A DNA stretch of 64,000 bases from an uncultured Bacteroidales bacterium. GTDB lineage: Bacteria; Bacteroidota; Bacteroidia; Bacteroidales; JAIOZK01. Made by a program: the position numbers and the translations under genes. Below, piece by piece: positions 31,215 to 40,089 of the stretch. The stretch spans positions 30,725 to 94,724 of the forward strand of contig CAZJYD010000006.1 of NCBI GenBank assembly GCA_964550205.1, read 5' to 3'. The number at the start of each line of letters is the position of its first letter. Positions within the stretch are counted from its first letter, which is position 1. The notes below the pieces were generated by a model, which saw nothing but the letters and a program-made list of their open reading frames with translations, made no database searches and was not told the origin of the DNA.

Positions 31215-31964
31215 ATGCTTCTTGGAGTAATTTCTGATATACATGAAGACTTTATAAACCTGGAGAAAGCAATATCATACCTGAAGAAAATAAGCTGTGA
31301 CGAGATAATCTGCCTCGGCGATATTATAGGTTATAACCCTGTTTATTTTAACCATGCCGGAAAACTTAAGCCTTCACAATCATTGAAACTTGTTAGGGAT
31401 AATTGTACCGTTGTTGTTGCCGGTAACCATGATCTGTTTGCTATTAATAAATTACCACAATACGATGCAGGTTTTAAATATCCGGCAAACTGGTATGAAT
31501 TTAGCAGAAAAGCACAGGAAAGAATATCAAGGGACAAGGTATGGATATATGAAGAAGAACATCCGGCTATAGATAATAAAGATTACAATTATATCAATTC
31601 ATTACCCGAATATTTTGTAAAAAGAAGCAACGTTATAGACGTCTTTTTGTCACACTATCCATATCCTGATTTAACAGGTTCAACAACAACATTCATTGAA
31701 AATCATGAACAATTACTTTCACACTTCAATTTTATAAAAGAAAAAAAATGTGATCTCAGCATTTCGGGTCATAGACATGTTGAAGGTTGTTTGTTAGCAA
31801 ATGAAAAAGAAATAAAAGTCCGGTCATTTGGGAAATATAATTTAAGTGATAATATTTTATGGATTGACGGACCTTGCATTACCAAAGGACATAAAGAAAA
31901 CGGATTTATGGTATTGGATACTGAAGAAATGATTATTGAGATTATTCCTCTGGAAAGTCTTTAA
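31215..31964 (+). CDS. metallophosphoesterase (calcineurin-like)
   Basis: ISDIHED, CLGDIIG, VAGNHD, GHRH motifs. Confidence 0.8.
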   Translation: MLLGVISDIHEDFINLEKAISYLKKISCDEIICLGDIIGYNPVYFNHAGKLKPSQSLKLVRDNCTVVVAGNHDLFAINKLPQYDAGFKYPANWYEFSRKAQERISRDKVWIYEEEHPAIDNKDYNYINSLPEYFVKRSNVIDVFLSHYPYPDLTGSTTTFIENHEQLLSHFNFIKEKKCDLSISGHRHVEGCLLANEKEIKVRSFGKYNLSDNILWIDGPCITKGHKENGFMVLDTEEMIIEIIPLESL

Positions 31965-31973
31965 ATTTGTTGT

Positions 31974-33131
31974 ATGGAGAAACATATTTTGTCCAAATCA
32001 ACCTTCATCAGGGGAGTTCAATGTCTTAAATCATTGTACTTAAATAAAAAGCGGCCTTTTTTACGCGATAAGCTTTTTGCTGAACAAAAAGCAAAATATA
32101 AAAGAGGATGGGATATTGGTTTGATAGCGCAGGAACTTTTTCCGGGTGGAATAAATCTGAGGCCAAAATCACCTTTTCAATATAGAAAAGCTATTGAAAC
32201 AACAAAAAAATAATTCAAAGCGCTTCACATAAAACATTGTATGAAGCGGCTTTTCAGTATAATAAGGTTTTGATATTTCTGGATATATTATACAAAGAAG
32301 ATAATGGCTGGCATGCTTTTGAGGTTAAAAGTTCCAAAAAAATCTCAAAAACCTATCTTCTTGATGCAGCAATACAGTATTATGTGATCTCAAATTCCGG
32401 AATTGAGTTAACGGATTTCTCAATTGTATATATTAATAAAGATTATACCAGGGGTGACCAGGTAGATATTTCTGAATTGTTTAAAAAGGAATCGGTTATT
32501 GATAAAGCCAGGTCATTGCAAGGATTTATAAAAGAACAAATAATTGAAGAGAAGAAAATACTCGATCTAAAGCATTCTCCACAAATTGATATTGGTTCTT
32601 ATTGCTATAACCCATATCCCTGCGATTTTATCAGACACTGCTGGAAACATATTCCTGAAAACTCAATTTTTAACATCCCATTTCTGGATAATGAGAAGAA
32701 ATTCGAATTATACAAAAAAAACATAATTAACCCATCGGAAATAAAAGATATTTCCGTATTGAATGAAAAAGCCAGAATTGGTGTAAATTCACAAATATCA
32801 AAAAAACCATATATAGCAAAAGATAATCCGAGTACATATTTTAAAAGTATCAGGCAAGCTGTTTACTTTCTAAAAGTATTAACCCATAGACCGGCATTTC
32901 CTGAATACAGCAATACGAAACCATATGAAGTACTGCCTTATCATTTTGCAATTGGGATAATTGAAAACAATAATCTGGAAATATTCAACTGGCATTCAAA
33001 AATTAACTATGATCCCAGAATTAATTTCTTTGAGAATTTTTCAGAAGAACTACCTGATGAAAGCTCTATTATTATTTATGATCAGCCCGAAATTTTAACA
33101 TTGTTAAATTATGAAATACACATAAATTACT
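31974..33131 (+). pseudogene. DUF2779-type (Cas4/PD-(D/E)XK-like) nuclease gene, frameshifted at an A7 tract and 3'-truncated
   Basis: The 79-aa ORF (KSTFIRGVQCLKSLYL...) ends at TAA 32211-32213. The family sequence continues in the -1 frame through the A7 run at 32204-32210 (..KKIIQSASHKTLYEAAFQY..WHAFEVKSS..) and includes the Cys cluster CYNPYPCDFIRHC. Family-like sequence stops near IIIYDQPEILTLL, so the C-terminal ~100 aa seem to be missing. Confidence 0.7.
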
Positions 33132-33162
33132 TTTGTTTTTTTATTATAAATAAAAAAACAAA
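33132..33162. repeat. perfect 14-bp inverted repeat with a 3-nt loop
   Basis: TTTGTTTTTTTATT (33132-33145), ATA, AATAAAAAAACAAA (33149-33162). Lies inside the 530-aa ORF at the junction between nuclease-like and sensor-kinase-like sequence. Confidence 0.85.
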
Positions 33163-33268
33163 CGAAGTAACTAATATTTTTAATTCCCCCAACAAAAAAT
33201 ATTCAATAAGTGACAATTTAATAAGAACATTTTTTATTGATAAATACAATTTTTTAACCCGGAATAAC

Positions 33269-34304
33269 GATATCTTTTATCATCATGATCCGGAACACCC
33301 GGGTAGTATTAATGCCGGTTATGTTAGAACGATCTGCAAAGACAAACAAGGCAGAATATGGATAGGCACGGACATTGGCGGTATTGGCTATTTTGACGGA
33401 AAGCATAATGAATTCGTTAAATTTGTTCATGATCCTTACGATTCAACATCACTTAGTAATAATTATATTCATTCAATTTACGAAGATGCCAAAGGTAACA
33501 TCTGGATAGGAACAAACGGAGGGCTCAATAAATTTCTACCGAAAACTAATTCCTTCAAACATTACACAATAGAGGATGGATTGCCAAATGATGTCATTTA
33601 TGCCATTTTAGAAGACGACAAAGGTAATCTTTGGCTGTCCTCAAATATGGGTATTTCAAAATTCATTGTCAGCAAAGAGGAATTCAGGAATTATGATGCA
33701 GACTACAATTTACAAGGTAATGAGTTTAATTATTCAGCCTACTATAAAAGTGATGACGGGGAAATATTTTTTGGGGGTACAAATGGAGTAAGCTCATTTT
33801 ATCCACACGAAATAATCGATAATGAATAAATATCGATTATAAAGATCCTGTTTTCAGCATCGAATTTTCTGCCTTGAATTTTTTTCAACCTGATAAGAAT
33901 CAATATGCCTATAAATTATCAGGGCTGAAGGGTTCAGAAGATAAATGGATTTATTTAGGCAATAAAAACTTTGTTGATTTTACCGGTATTCAACCCGGTT
34001 TATATGCGCTATATGTAAAAGGCTCTAATAATGATGGTGTATGGAATGAGAAAGGCATAAAGTTAAATATTATTGTACTAGCTCCATTCTGGCACAAGCT
34101 ATGGTTTCATTTACTTATAGCAGCATTTATTTTATTAATAATTCTTATTGCTGTCTGGATTAAAGTCATGAACGAAAAACAACAGCGCGAAAAACTGACA
34201 AGAATGGTTAATGAGCAAACAATGGTAAATTAAATGTTGAAAGCACAGTAGATAAAGGCAGCACTTTTTCATTTACTCTTCCTAAAGATACCTCCACTAA
34301 ATAA
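33269..34304 (+). pseudogene. remnant of a propeller/Y_Y_Y-type sensor histidine kinase
   Basis: Reg_prop-like repeats (KDKQGRIWIGTDIGGIGYFD, EDAKGNIWIGTNGGLNKF, EDDKGNLWLSSNMGISKF). A stop, then in another frame IDYKDPVFSIEFSALNFFQPDKNQYAYKLSGL (Y_Y_Y) plus a TM helix. A stop, then in a third frame NGKLNVESTVDKGSTFSFTLPK (extreme end of HATPase_c) to TAA 34302-34304. HisKA and most of HATPase_c are absent. Confidence 0.7.
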
Positions 34305-34501
34305 GAACAATTAAATGTAATATCAAGTAAAATACGAGGGTTATTTACTTAACAAAGCACTAATACATCTGTATTTTAATTCTGGGATTTTTTTCCGTTT
34401 TTGGCAATTTTTATTCAAGCATTTGTTTTTCAGTGTTTATTTTGTTAATAAATTATTAAGGAAAGTCCTTGGAAAAATTGAAAAACGAAATTCTATTTTT
34501 G

Positions 34502-34509
34502 TACTTTTG
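34502..34509 (+). promoter_or_regulatory. -7 promoter box (TACTTTTG; overlapping TATTTTTG at 34494-34501) 5 nt from the dnaB start
   Basis: TAnnTTTG match. 5 nt separate its G (34509) from the ATG at 34515. Confidence 0.4.
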
Positions 34510-34514
34510 AATTC

Positions 34515-36029
34515 ATGGATGAAAAGAATAATAAATCAGCCAAGGCCAAGCGTATCAAAAAACAGCCTTTAAGTCAGTTATTTAATGAACATGGGAAAGT
34601 TCCTCCTCAGGCGGTTGATCTTGAAGAGGCTGTTTTGGGAGCTATAATGCTTGAAAAAGATGCATTAACTGCAGTAATAGATATTTTAAAACCTGAAATG
34701 TTTTATAAAGATAACCACCAAACTATTTACAAAGCTATCACCAAGCTATTTGCAAAATCCGAACCTGTTGATATTCTCACCGTTACTGAGGAACTGAAAA
34801 AGAGTGGTGAACTCGAACTAATAGGAGGTTCATATTATATCACTCAATTAACCAACAGGGTTGCTTCAGCAGCTAATGTTGAATATCATGTGCGAATCAT
34901 AACTCAAAAATATATTCAGCGTGAATTGATCAGAATATCTTCGGATATTATTAAAGATTCTTATGAAGACATTACAGATGTATTCGATTTGCTTGATAAA
35001 GCTGAGCAAAATCTGTTTTCTATAAGCGAAACCAATCTGAGAAGAAATTACGATAACATGCAAACCCTTGTCAGGGAAGCTATTAGTGAAGTGCAGGCTG
35101 CCAGGGAACAGGAATCACATTTAAGAGGAGTGCCTTCAGGCTTTACCAAACTGGACAGGGTAACTGCCGGGTGGCAAAAATCAGATCTCATCATTGTTGC
35201 TTCAAGACCTGGTATGGGAAAAACAGCTTTTGCCCTTTCAATGGCCCGTAATATTTCTATTGATTTTAACCGGCCTGTTGCATTCTTTTCATTGGAGATG
35301 TCATCCCTTCAATTGGTCACCAGACTTATCTCAAGTGAAACAATGCTCCCATCAGATAAATTAAGAAAAGGGACACTTGAAAATTACGAATGGGAACAAC
35401 TTAACGCAAAGATCAATGATCTTGTCGATGCTAAAATATTTATTGATGATACACCTGCCTTATCTATATTTGAATTAAGGGCAAAATGCCGCAGGCTTAA
35501 AGCCCAGCATAAAATAGAAGCTGTGTTTGTTGACTATCTGCAGCTTATGTCTGCACCTGCCGACTATAAAAGTAATCGCCAGGAAGAGATCAGTAATATT
35601 TCGCGTTCGCTTAAAAGCCTTGCCAAAGAGCTTGACATACCAATAATTGCCCTGTCGCAGCTCAGCAGAGCTGTTGAAACAAGAGGCGGAACTAAAAGAC
35701 CTATCCTTTCAGACCTGCGCGAATCAGGCGCAATAGAACAGGATGCCGACCTTGTATTATTCCTGTACCGCCCTGAATATTACGATATTGATCAGGATGA
35801 AGAAGGAAATATAACACATGGCATTGCAGAAGTTATAATTGCAAAACACAGAAATGGACCTTTGAAAAACATCAATCTCAAATTTATCGATAAATATGCC
35901 AGGTTTGAAGATATTGAAGCAGAAGAATATGGTGATACCGAAACGGGTTCAGAATATGATTACCCAAATGGAAAAACTGTAAGAACAGTACCCTCAAAAA
36001 TGAATGATGATAAAGCACCACCATTTTAA
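34515..36029 (+). CDS. dnaB: replicative DNA helicase DnaB
   Basis: PPQAVDLEEAVLGAIM, GFTKLD, ASRPGMGKTAFAL (Walker A), FSLEMS, VDYLQLM, IIALSQLSR, DLRESGAIEQDAD. Confidence 0.95.
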   Translation: MDEKNNKSAKAKRIKKQPLSQLFNEHGKVPPQAVDLEEAVLGAIMLEKDALTAVIDILKPEMFYKDNHQTIYKAITKLFAKSEPVDILTVTEELKKSGELELIGGSYYITQLTNRVASAANVEYHVRIITQKYIQRELIRISSDIIKDSYEDITDVFDLLDKAEQNLFSISETNLRRNYDNMQTLVREAISEVQAAREQESHLRGVPSGFTKLDRVTAGWQKSDLIIVASRPGMGKTAFALSMARNISIDFNRPVAFFSLEMSSLQLVTRLISSETMLPSDKLRKGTLENYEWEQLNAKINDLVDAKIFIDDTPALSIFELRAKCRRLKAQHKIEAVFVDYLQLMSAPADYKSNRQEEISNISRSLKSLAKELDIPIIALSQLSRAVETRGGTKRPILSDLRESGAIEQDADLVLFLYRPEYYDIDQDEEGNITHGIAEVIIAKHRNGPLKNINLKFIDKYARFEDIEAEEYGDTETGSEYDYPNGKTVRTVPSKMNDDKAPPF

Positions 36030-36078
36030 TTCTGTAATTATACTCTAATAATCAAATTCAAAACGTTATTTAACAAAA

Positions 36079-36105
36079 AAAGCCGGCCTTAATCTGACCG
36101 GCTTT
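36079..36105. terminator. bidirectional rho-independent terminator between convergent dnaB and the minus-strand small-gene cluster
   Basis: Stem AAAGCCGG / CCGGCTTT. Flanked by A7 on the left (T7 when read on the minus strand) and TTTGAATTTT on the right. Confidence 0.6.
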
Positions 36106-36110
36106 GAATT

Positions 36111-36329
36111 TTACTTTTCTAACTTTTTCTTTAGTTCATCTATTTCCTTAGTGAACTTATCGTTTTCCTCTTTCAGCTTCTTATTTTCTTTTTTCATTTT
36201 ACCAAGTTCATTATTCAAATCATCCTTTTCCTGCTTAGTCTTGTCAAGATCATTTTTCAGGTCAAGAATATCTCTCAGATAAGAAGCAATTTTCTGGTTT
36301 AATAACTCTATGTCTGATTTTTCAGCCAT
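36111..36329 (-). CDS. small coiled-coil protein (72 aa), function unknown
   Basis: Continuous heptad-like K/E/L-rich sequence (LKNDLDKTKQEKDDLNNELGKMKKENKKLKEENDKFTKEIDELKKKLEK). Confidence 0.55.
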   Translation of the reverse strand: MAEKSDIELLNQKIASYLRDILDLKNDLDKTKQEKDDLNNELGKMKKENKKLKEENDKFTKEIDELKKKLEK

Positions 36330-36365
36330 GATATTTTGATTTAAATTAGCAAAAGATAAAATATA

Positions 36366-36878
36366 CTATTTATAAATTGTAAGTGTATGTCCGGCAATAA
36401 TAAAATCAGGATCAGGAATATTATTATCACAGGCAATCTTAGGATATTTCCAACCATCGCCATAATATTTCTGAGCAATCAAATAAAGAGTTTCCCCTCT
36501 TTTAATCAAGTGTTCAATTGTTCTTGGTTTATTAGCTTTCCTGAGTTTTTCATTTAATTCAGCTACCTTGGTTTCTAATTCTTTTTTTTCAGTTTGAATT
36601 TTATCATTTTGCATATGAAGTTGTTCAACCTGTTCTTTCAGTCTACCATTCTCAGTCCTTATACCAGCTGAATTTTTACGCATGAATATTATTGCCAAAA
36701 CAAGGGCAGCTACCAATAATATTATCAGAATGATACATATTATTAGGTATGTTTTTTTTCTTTTACCACGCTTTTTAATTCTTTTCAGAACATCAAATGC
36801 TTCCAGATCAGAATTACAATCAGGGCACGTGGTATTCCCTTCACTAATTTCTTTGTAATGACATACAGGACATTCCAT
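36366..36878 (-). CDS. zinc-ribbon / single-TM / coiled-coil / LysM-domain protein
   Basis: N-terminal CPVC-x13-CPDC zinc ribbon. TM helix (YLIICIILIILLVAALVLAIIF). Coiled coil. C-terminal LysM (HLIKRGETLYLIAQKYYGDGWKYPKIACDNNIPDPDFIIAGHTLTIY). Confidence 0.75.
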   Translation of the reverse strand: MECPVCHYKEISEGNTTCPDCNSDLEAFDVLKRIKKRGKRKKTYLIICIILIILLVAALVLAIIFMRKNSAGIRTENGRLKEQVEQLHMQNDKIQTEKKELETKVAELNEKLRKANKPRTIEHLIKRGETLYLIAQKYYGDGWKYPKIACDNNIPDPDFIIAGHTLTIYK

Positions 36879-36989
36879 GGTACTAATTTTATGATTAAAG
36901 CCCCAATTTATAAAAAAAACTTTAATAAATCAAGCTTTGCTATAACCATTTAATAAATATGATGATAAATATTGAAAAGTAATAGCTTA

Positions 36990-37346
36990 TCACATATTCT
37001 TGGTTATACCATGTACTTCGTTGGCTACCCTTTGATTATAAGAAAATGCAAGTTCCCGGTAATTGATAAGATCAACTATTGTTCCGATCAAACACAATCC
37101 TGCAGTAAATAAATACAAAATACCCATACCTATTTGTCCGATCATAAATCTTTGAATACCTGCAACAACAACCAAACCAAGTAATGTTGCCAGTAAGATC
37201 ATATTAGGATCTTTGCGCCTGCTTCTGTAAATATTTGCAAAATTGTGTAATTGCTTTTCATTGTATTCACTGGTAAGGTTCTGGATAAATACCAGCTCCT
37301 GACCTTGTAATTCCGGTAAAAATTCTAATATATGTGCCATAATCAT
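36990..37346 (-). CDS. TM2 domain-containing membrane protein
   Basis: Two TM helices with the pattern LLATLLGLVVVAGIQRFMIGQIGMGILYLFTAGLCLIGTIVDLI typical of the TM2 domain (G..G..RFY.G....G...L.T.G...I....D). Confidence 0.7.
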   Translation of the reverse strand: MIMAHILEFLPELQGQELVFIQNLTSEYNEKQLHNFANIYRSRRKDPNMILLATLLGLVVVAGIQRFMIGQIGMGILYLFTAGLCLIGTIVDLINYRELAFSYNQRVANEVHGITKNM

Positions 37347-37347
37347 A

Positions 37348-37620
37348 CTATTTAAAAATAATTTTTATTTGATTATTTGTTTGTTTAAAAACCATGAATA
37401 TTCTTAATGTTAATACTAACATAGCAAAGATCCCAAGAGGATGGCATTGCAGAGAATGGCCTAACTCACCCCTGAACAGATACGAAATTGATCTCCCAAG
37501 ACCGCATCCCGGACAAAATTCCCATCCAAGATTTTTAAAAGGACAAAAACTGTAATGATGTTCCGCAGGGCTATGTATTGCCAATAAGAACAAAGCACTT
37601 ATCCATATAAATGCTTCCAT
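37348..37620 (-). CDS. DUF2752-like membrane protein
   Basis: CPFKNLGWEFCPGCGLGRS motif between TM helices. Its stop lies 1 nt from the TM2 gene start. The ATG at 37620 (MEAFIWISALF) is preferred over the track start at 37722. Confidence 0.65.
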   Translation of the reverse strand: MEAFIWISALFLLAIHSPAEHHYSFCPFKNLGWEFCPGCGLGRSISYLFRGELGHSLQCHPLGIFAMLVLTLRIFMVFKQTNNQIKIIFK

Positions 37621-37938
37621 ATTATGCCTTATGAAATATATAACTTTTCTTTTCAATTTATAATTAAACAACTTTACAACAAATATACATAAGTGAGTGA
37701 AAATATTCAATATTATATTCATTTTGATACAAGGGGAATTTAATAATTTCGTCCTATGATTGATTCCAAATTTTATTTTTTTCTTTTCAATTTGGTAAGC
37801 AGAATAATATCAATGTCAGATTCTCTTATTTATAATTTCTGTAAAACAGATCATTTAAAATAAAATCAGCACTATGGAAAAAAATGAATTTATCAAAAAG
37901 AGACCCGGGCTGGAAACCAAAAAGAATGAAGAAATATT

Positions 37939-38898
37939 TTATACAAGCCTGTTTATCAGAACCTCAATAAGCAATGCAACCGTACACAAAGAACCAAATA
38001 AAAGGTTAAGCCTGGCGGTTTGTCCGTCCAATGAAATAAAATCCACGGGATTTTTCGGACTTTTCCTTTTCAATGCTTTCTTCCACAAATTAATAGCTAA
38101 AGGAAGTGCAAGCATAGTTATCAGGAAAGTGAAAGGCATGGCTGTTACCTCGGGAATATAAAAATATGGTATTAAAATTAATCCAATAACCATAATAAAA
38201 GGGCCATATATCAATATTCCATAATACCTCAATGATTTCTTGTCACCAAGCAATGACGCAACTGTAATAATATGCCGTACTTTGTCAGATCTAATATCAC
38301 GCCAGTTGTTTGCATGTAGAATTGCAATAACAAGAGTAGCCATAGGAATAGCCCAGAGAACAGGTATCCATGACAAATGTCCGCTTTGCACATACCATGC
38401 ACCCAAAGAACCCAGTATTCCAAAATCCATAAAAACAGAAAAGTCACCAAGCGCATTGTATTTCAAAGCTATCCTGTTTCCTGTTGTATAAAAAAATCCA
38501 ATGGCTAATCCGACTAACCCAATAACAAGAAGCCAAATGCCACTAAACCAGGTTAAAACAAGACCTAATACCAATCCAATAACAAATAAAAGTATCGCAG
38601 CCCTTCGCGCTTCCTTAATTGAAATAAGCCCACGAACAATGCCACCGCTTCCGGGATTTGGAATTTTATCCAATCCTTTTTTATAATCATGTATGTCGTT
38701 TAAAATATTTGATCCTGCATGCAAAATAACCATTGCGAATAAAGCCATTAAAAAAATCCATATATTAAAATCAGCACCTCCGTATACGACGGCAAGCACT
38801 GTTCCAAAGATGACAGGCATTACCGAGGCAGGCAGAGAAAACGGACGGATAGAAATCCTCCATTTTTTGATAAAAGAAATATTTTTGGGAGTATCCAT
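37939..38898 (-). CDS. UbiA-family aromatic prenyltransferase (MenA-like)
   Basis: 8-9 TM helices. First Asp-rich motif NILNDIHDYKKGLD and second motif NNWRDIRSD. Confidence 0.7.
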   Translation of the reverse strand: MDTPKNISFIKKWRISIRPFSLPASVMPVIFGTVLAVVYGGADFNIWIFLMALFAMVILHAGSNILNDIHDYKKGLDKIPNPGSGGIVRGLISIKEARRAAILLFVIGLVLGLVLTWFSGIWLLVIGLVGLAIGFFYTTGNRIALKYNALGDFSVFMDFGILGSLGAWYVQSGHLSWIPVLWAIPMATLVIAILHANNWRDIRSDKVRHIITVASLLGDKKSLRYYGILIYGPFIMVIGLILIPYFYIPEVTAMPFTFLITMLALPLAINLWKKALKRKSPKNPVDFISLDGQTARLNLLFGSLCTVALLIEVLINRLV

Positions 38899-38991
38899 TT
38901 TTTAAACGTTAATTATCAATATCATCAAATACAGAAAACAAAAATACGCATTTATCTTTAATAAATAGAGGTTTTTACATGTTACTTATTC

Positions 38992-40008
38992 TCAGATTAC
39001 GGTCACTTCCCTTTCAAGACTCATACCGAATTTATCGTATACCGAACGATGTATTTGCCTTGATAATTCCAATATTTCTTTTCCTGAAGCCCTGCCAAAA
39101 TTAATTAATACAAGCGCCTGCTTATCGTATACACCAACATTACCATCCCTCCTGCCCTTCCATCCGCATTGTTCAATAAGCCAGGCTGCAGGAATTTTAT
39201 AATACATATTATCAAGTTGATGCGAAACAATATCAGGATATTTTTCTTTTAAATGAAGATAATGATCTTTGCTGATAACCGGATTTTTAAAAAAGCTACC
39301 AGCATTGCCATATTCATCAGGATCAGGAAGTTTTTCAGCCCTTATTAATGAAATAACTTTTGCAACATCCTGGGGAGTTGGTCTGTAAATCCCTGCTTTA
39401 AGCAATCTATTCCTGACCGACCCATAATCTTTTTTTACTTTATTAACTTTTGACAACCTGTATTTGACAGATAAAATAATATAATCAATATGTTTTTCTT
39501 TGAATATACTGTTTCTGTATCCGAACTTACAATCCTTCTTTAAAAAAGTCCTGATAGTTTTGCTCACCCTGTCATAAGCTTTAAGCATAACAAAGCAATC
39601 CTTTTGCTCAACTCCATAAGCACCAATATTTTGAATGGGGGCAGCTCCGACACAACCTGGAATTCCTATCAAATTCTCAATGCCATATAATTGTCTGTTC
39701 AGGCAATTCTCAACAAAAGTATTCCAGTTCTCACCCGCCGAAACCTCTATTTCAGTATGGTCTTCTGTTTCATGAATAATATTAATACCCTTTAACTTAT
39801 TTTTTATTACAAGGCCTTTATAATCGCCGGTAAACAAAACATTCGATCCCTCTCCCAATAACAGAACAGGCATTCCCTTCTCTCCGGCATAAGATAATAA
39901 AAACTTAATATGGTCTGTATGGGTAACTTCGGCGAACAAGTCTGCTTTGGCATCTACTCCAAAAGTGTTGTGATCTTTAAGTGATATGTTCTTTTGTATC
40001 TCGATCAT
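38992..40008 (-). CDS. murB: UDP-N-acetylenolpyruvoylglucosamine reductase
   Basis: LKDHNTFGV, LLLGEGSNVLF, GIPGCVGAAPIQNIGAYG, GNAGSFFKNP, AAWLIEQCGWKG. Confidence 0.92.
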   Translation of the reverse strand: MIEIQKNISLKDHNTFGVDAKADLFAEVTHTDHIKFLLSYAGEKGMPVLLLGEGSNVLFTGDYKGLVIKNKLKGINIIHETEDHTEIEVSAGENWNTFVENCLNRQLYGIENLIGIPGCVGAAPIQNIGAYGVEQKDCFVMLKAYDRVSKTIRTFLKKDCKFGYRNSIFKEKHIDYIILSVKYRLSKVNKVKKDYGSVRNRLLKAGIYRPTPQDVAKVISLIRAEKLPDPDEYGNAGSFFKNPVISKDHYLHLKEKYPDIVSHQLDNMYYKIPAAWLIEQCGWKGRRDGNVGVYDKQALVLINFGRASGKEILELSRQIHRSVYDKFGMSLEREVTVI

Positions 40009-40063
40009 AAATCATTTTCAGTCATCAAAGATAAAGCTATTTACAGAGTTGACAGATAATAAT

Positions 40064-40071
40064 TAAATTTG
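40064..40071 (+). promoter_or_regulatory. -7 promoter box (TAAATTTG)
   Basis: TAnnTTTG match 18 nt upstream of the ATG at 40090. Confidence 0.4.
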
Positions 40072-40089
40072 ATTGCTGTTTCTTTTATA

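Noticed and set aside
29046-34304. Exonuclease, metallophosphoesterase and Cas4-like DUF2779 nuclease considered together as a possible defence island
   Set aside because: The genes are separated by a porin gene and are not operonic. The exonuclease and phosphoesterase look like widespread housekeeping families. The nuclease is decayed. No ATPase, methylase, toxin or mobile-element markers are present.
37874-38905. Plus-strand ORFs (95, 83, 61 and 70 aa) and a nested minus-strand ORF (38229-38456) within the UbiA-family gene
   Set aside because: They overlap a full-length prenyltransferase with both Asp-rich motifs. There is no independent evidence for them.
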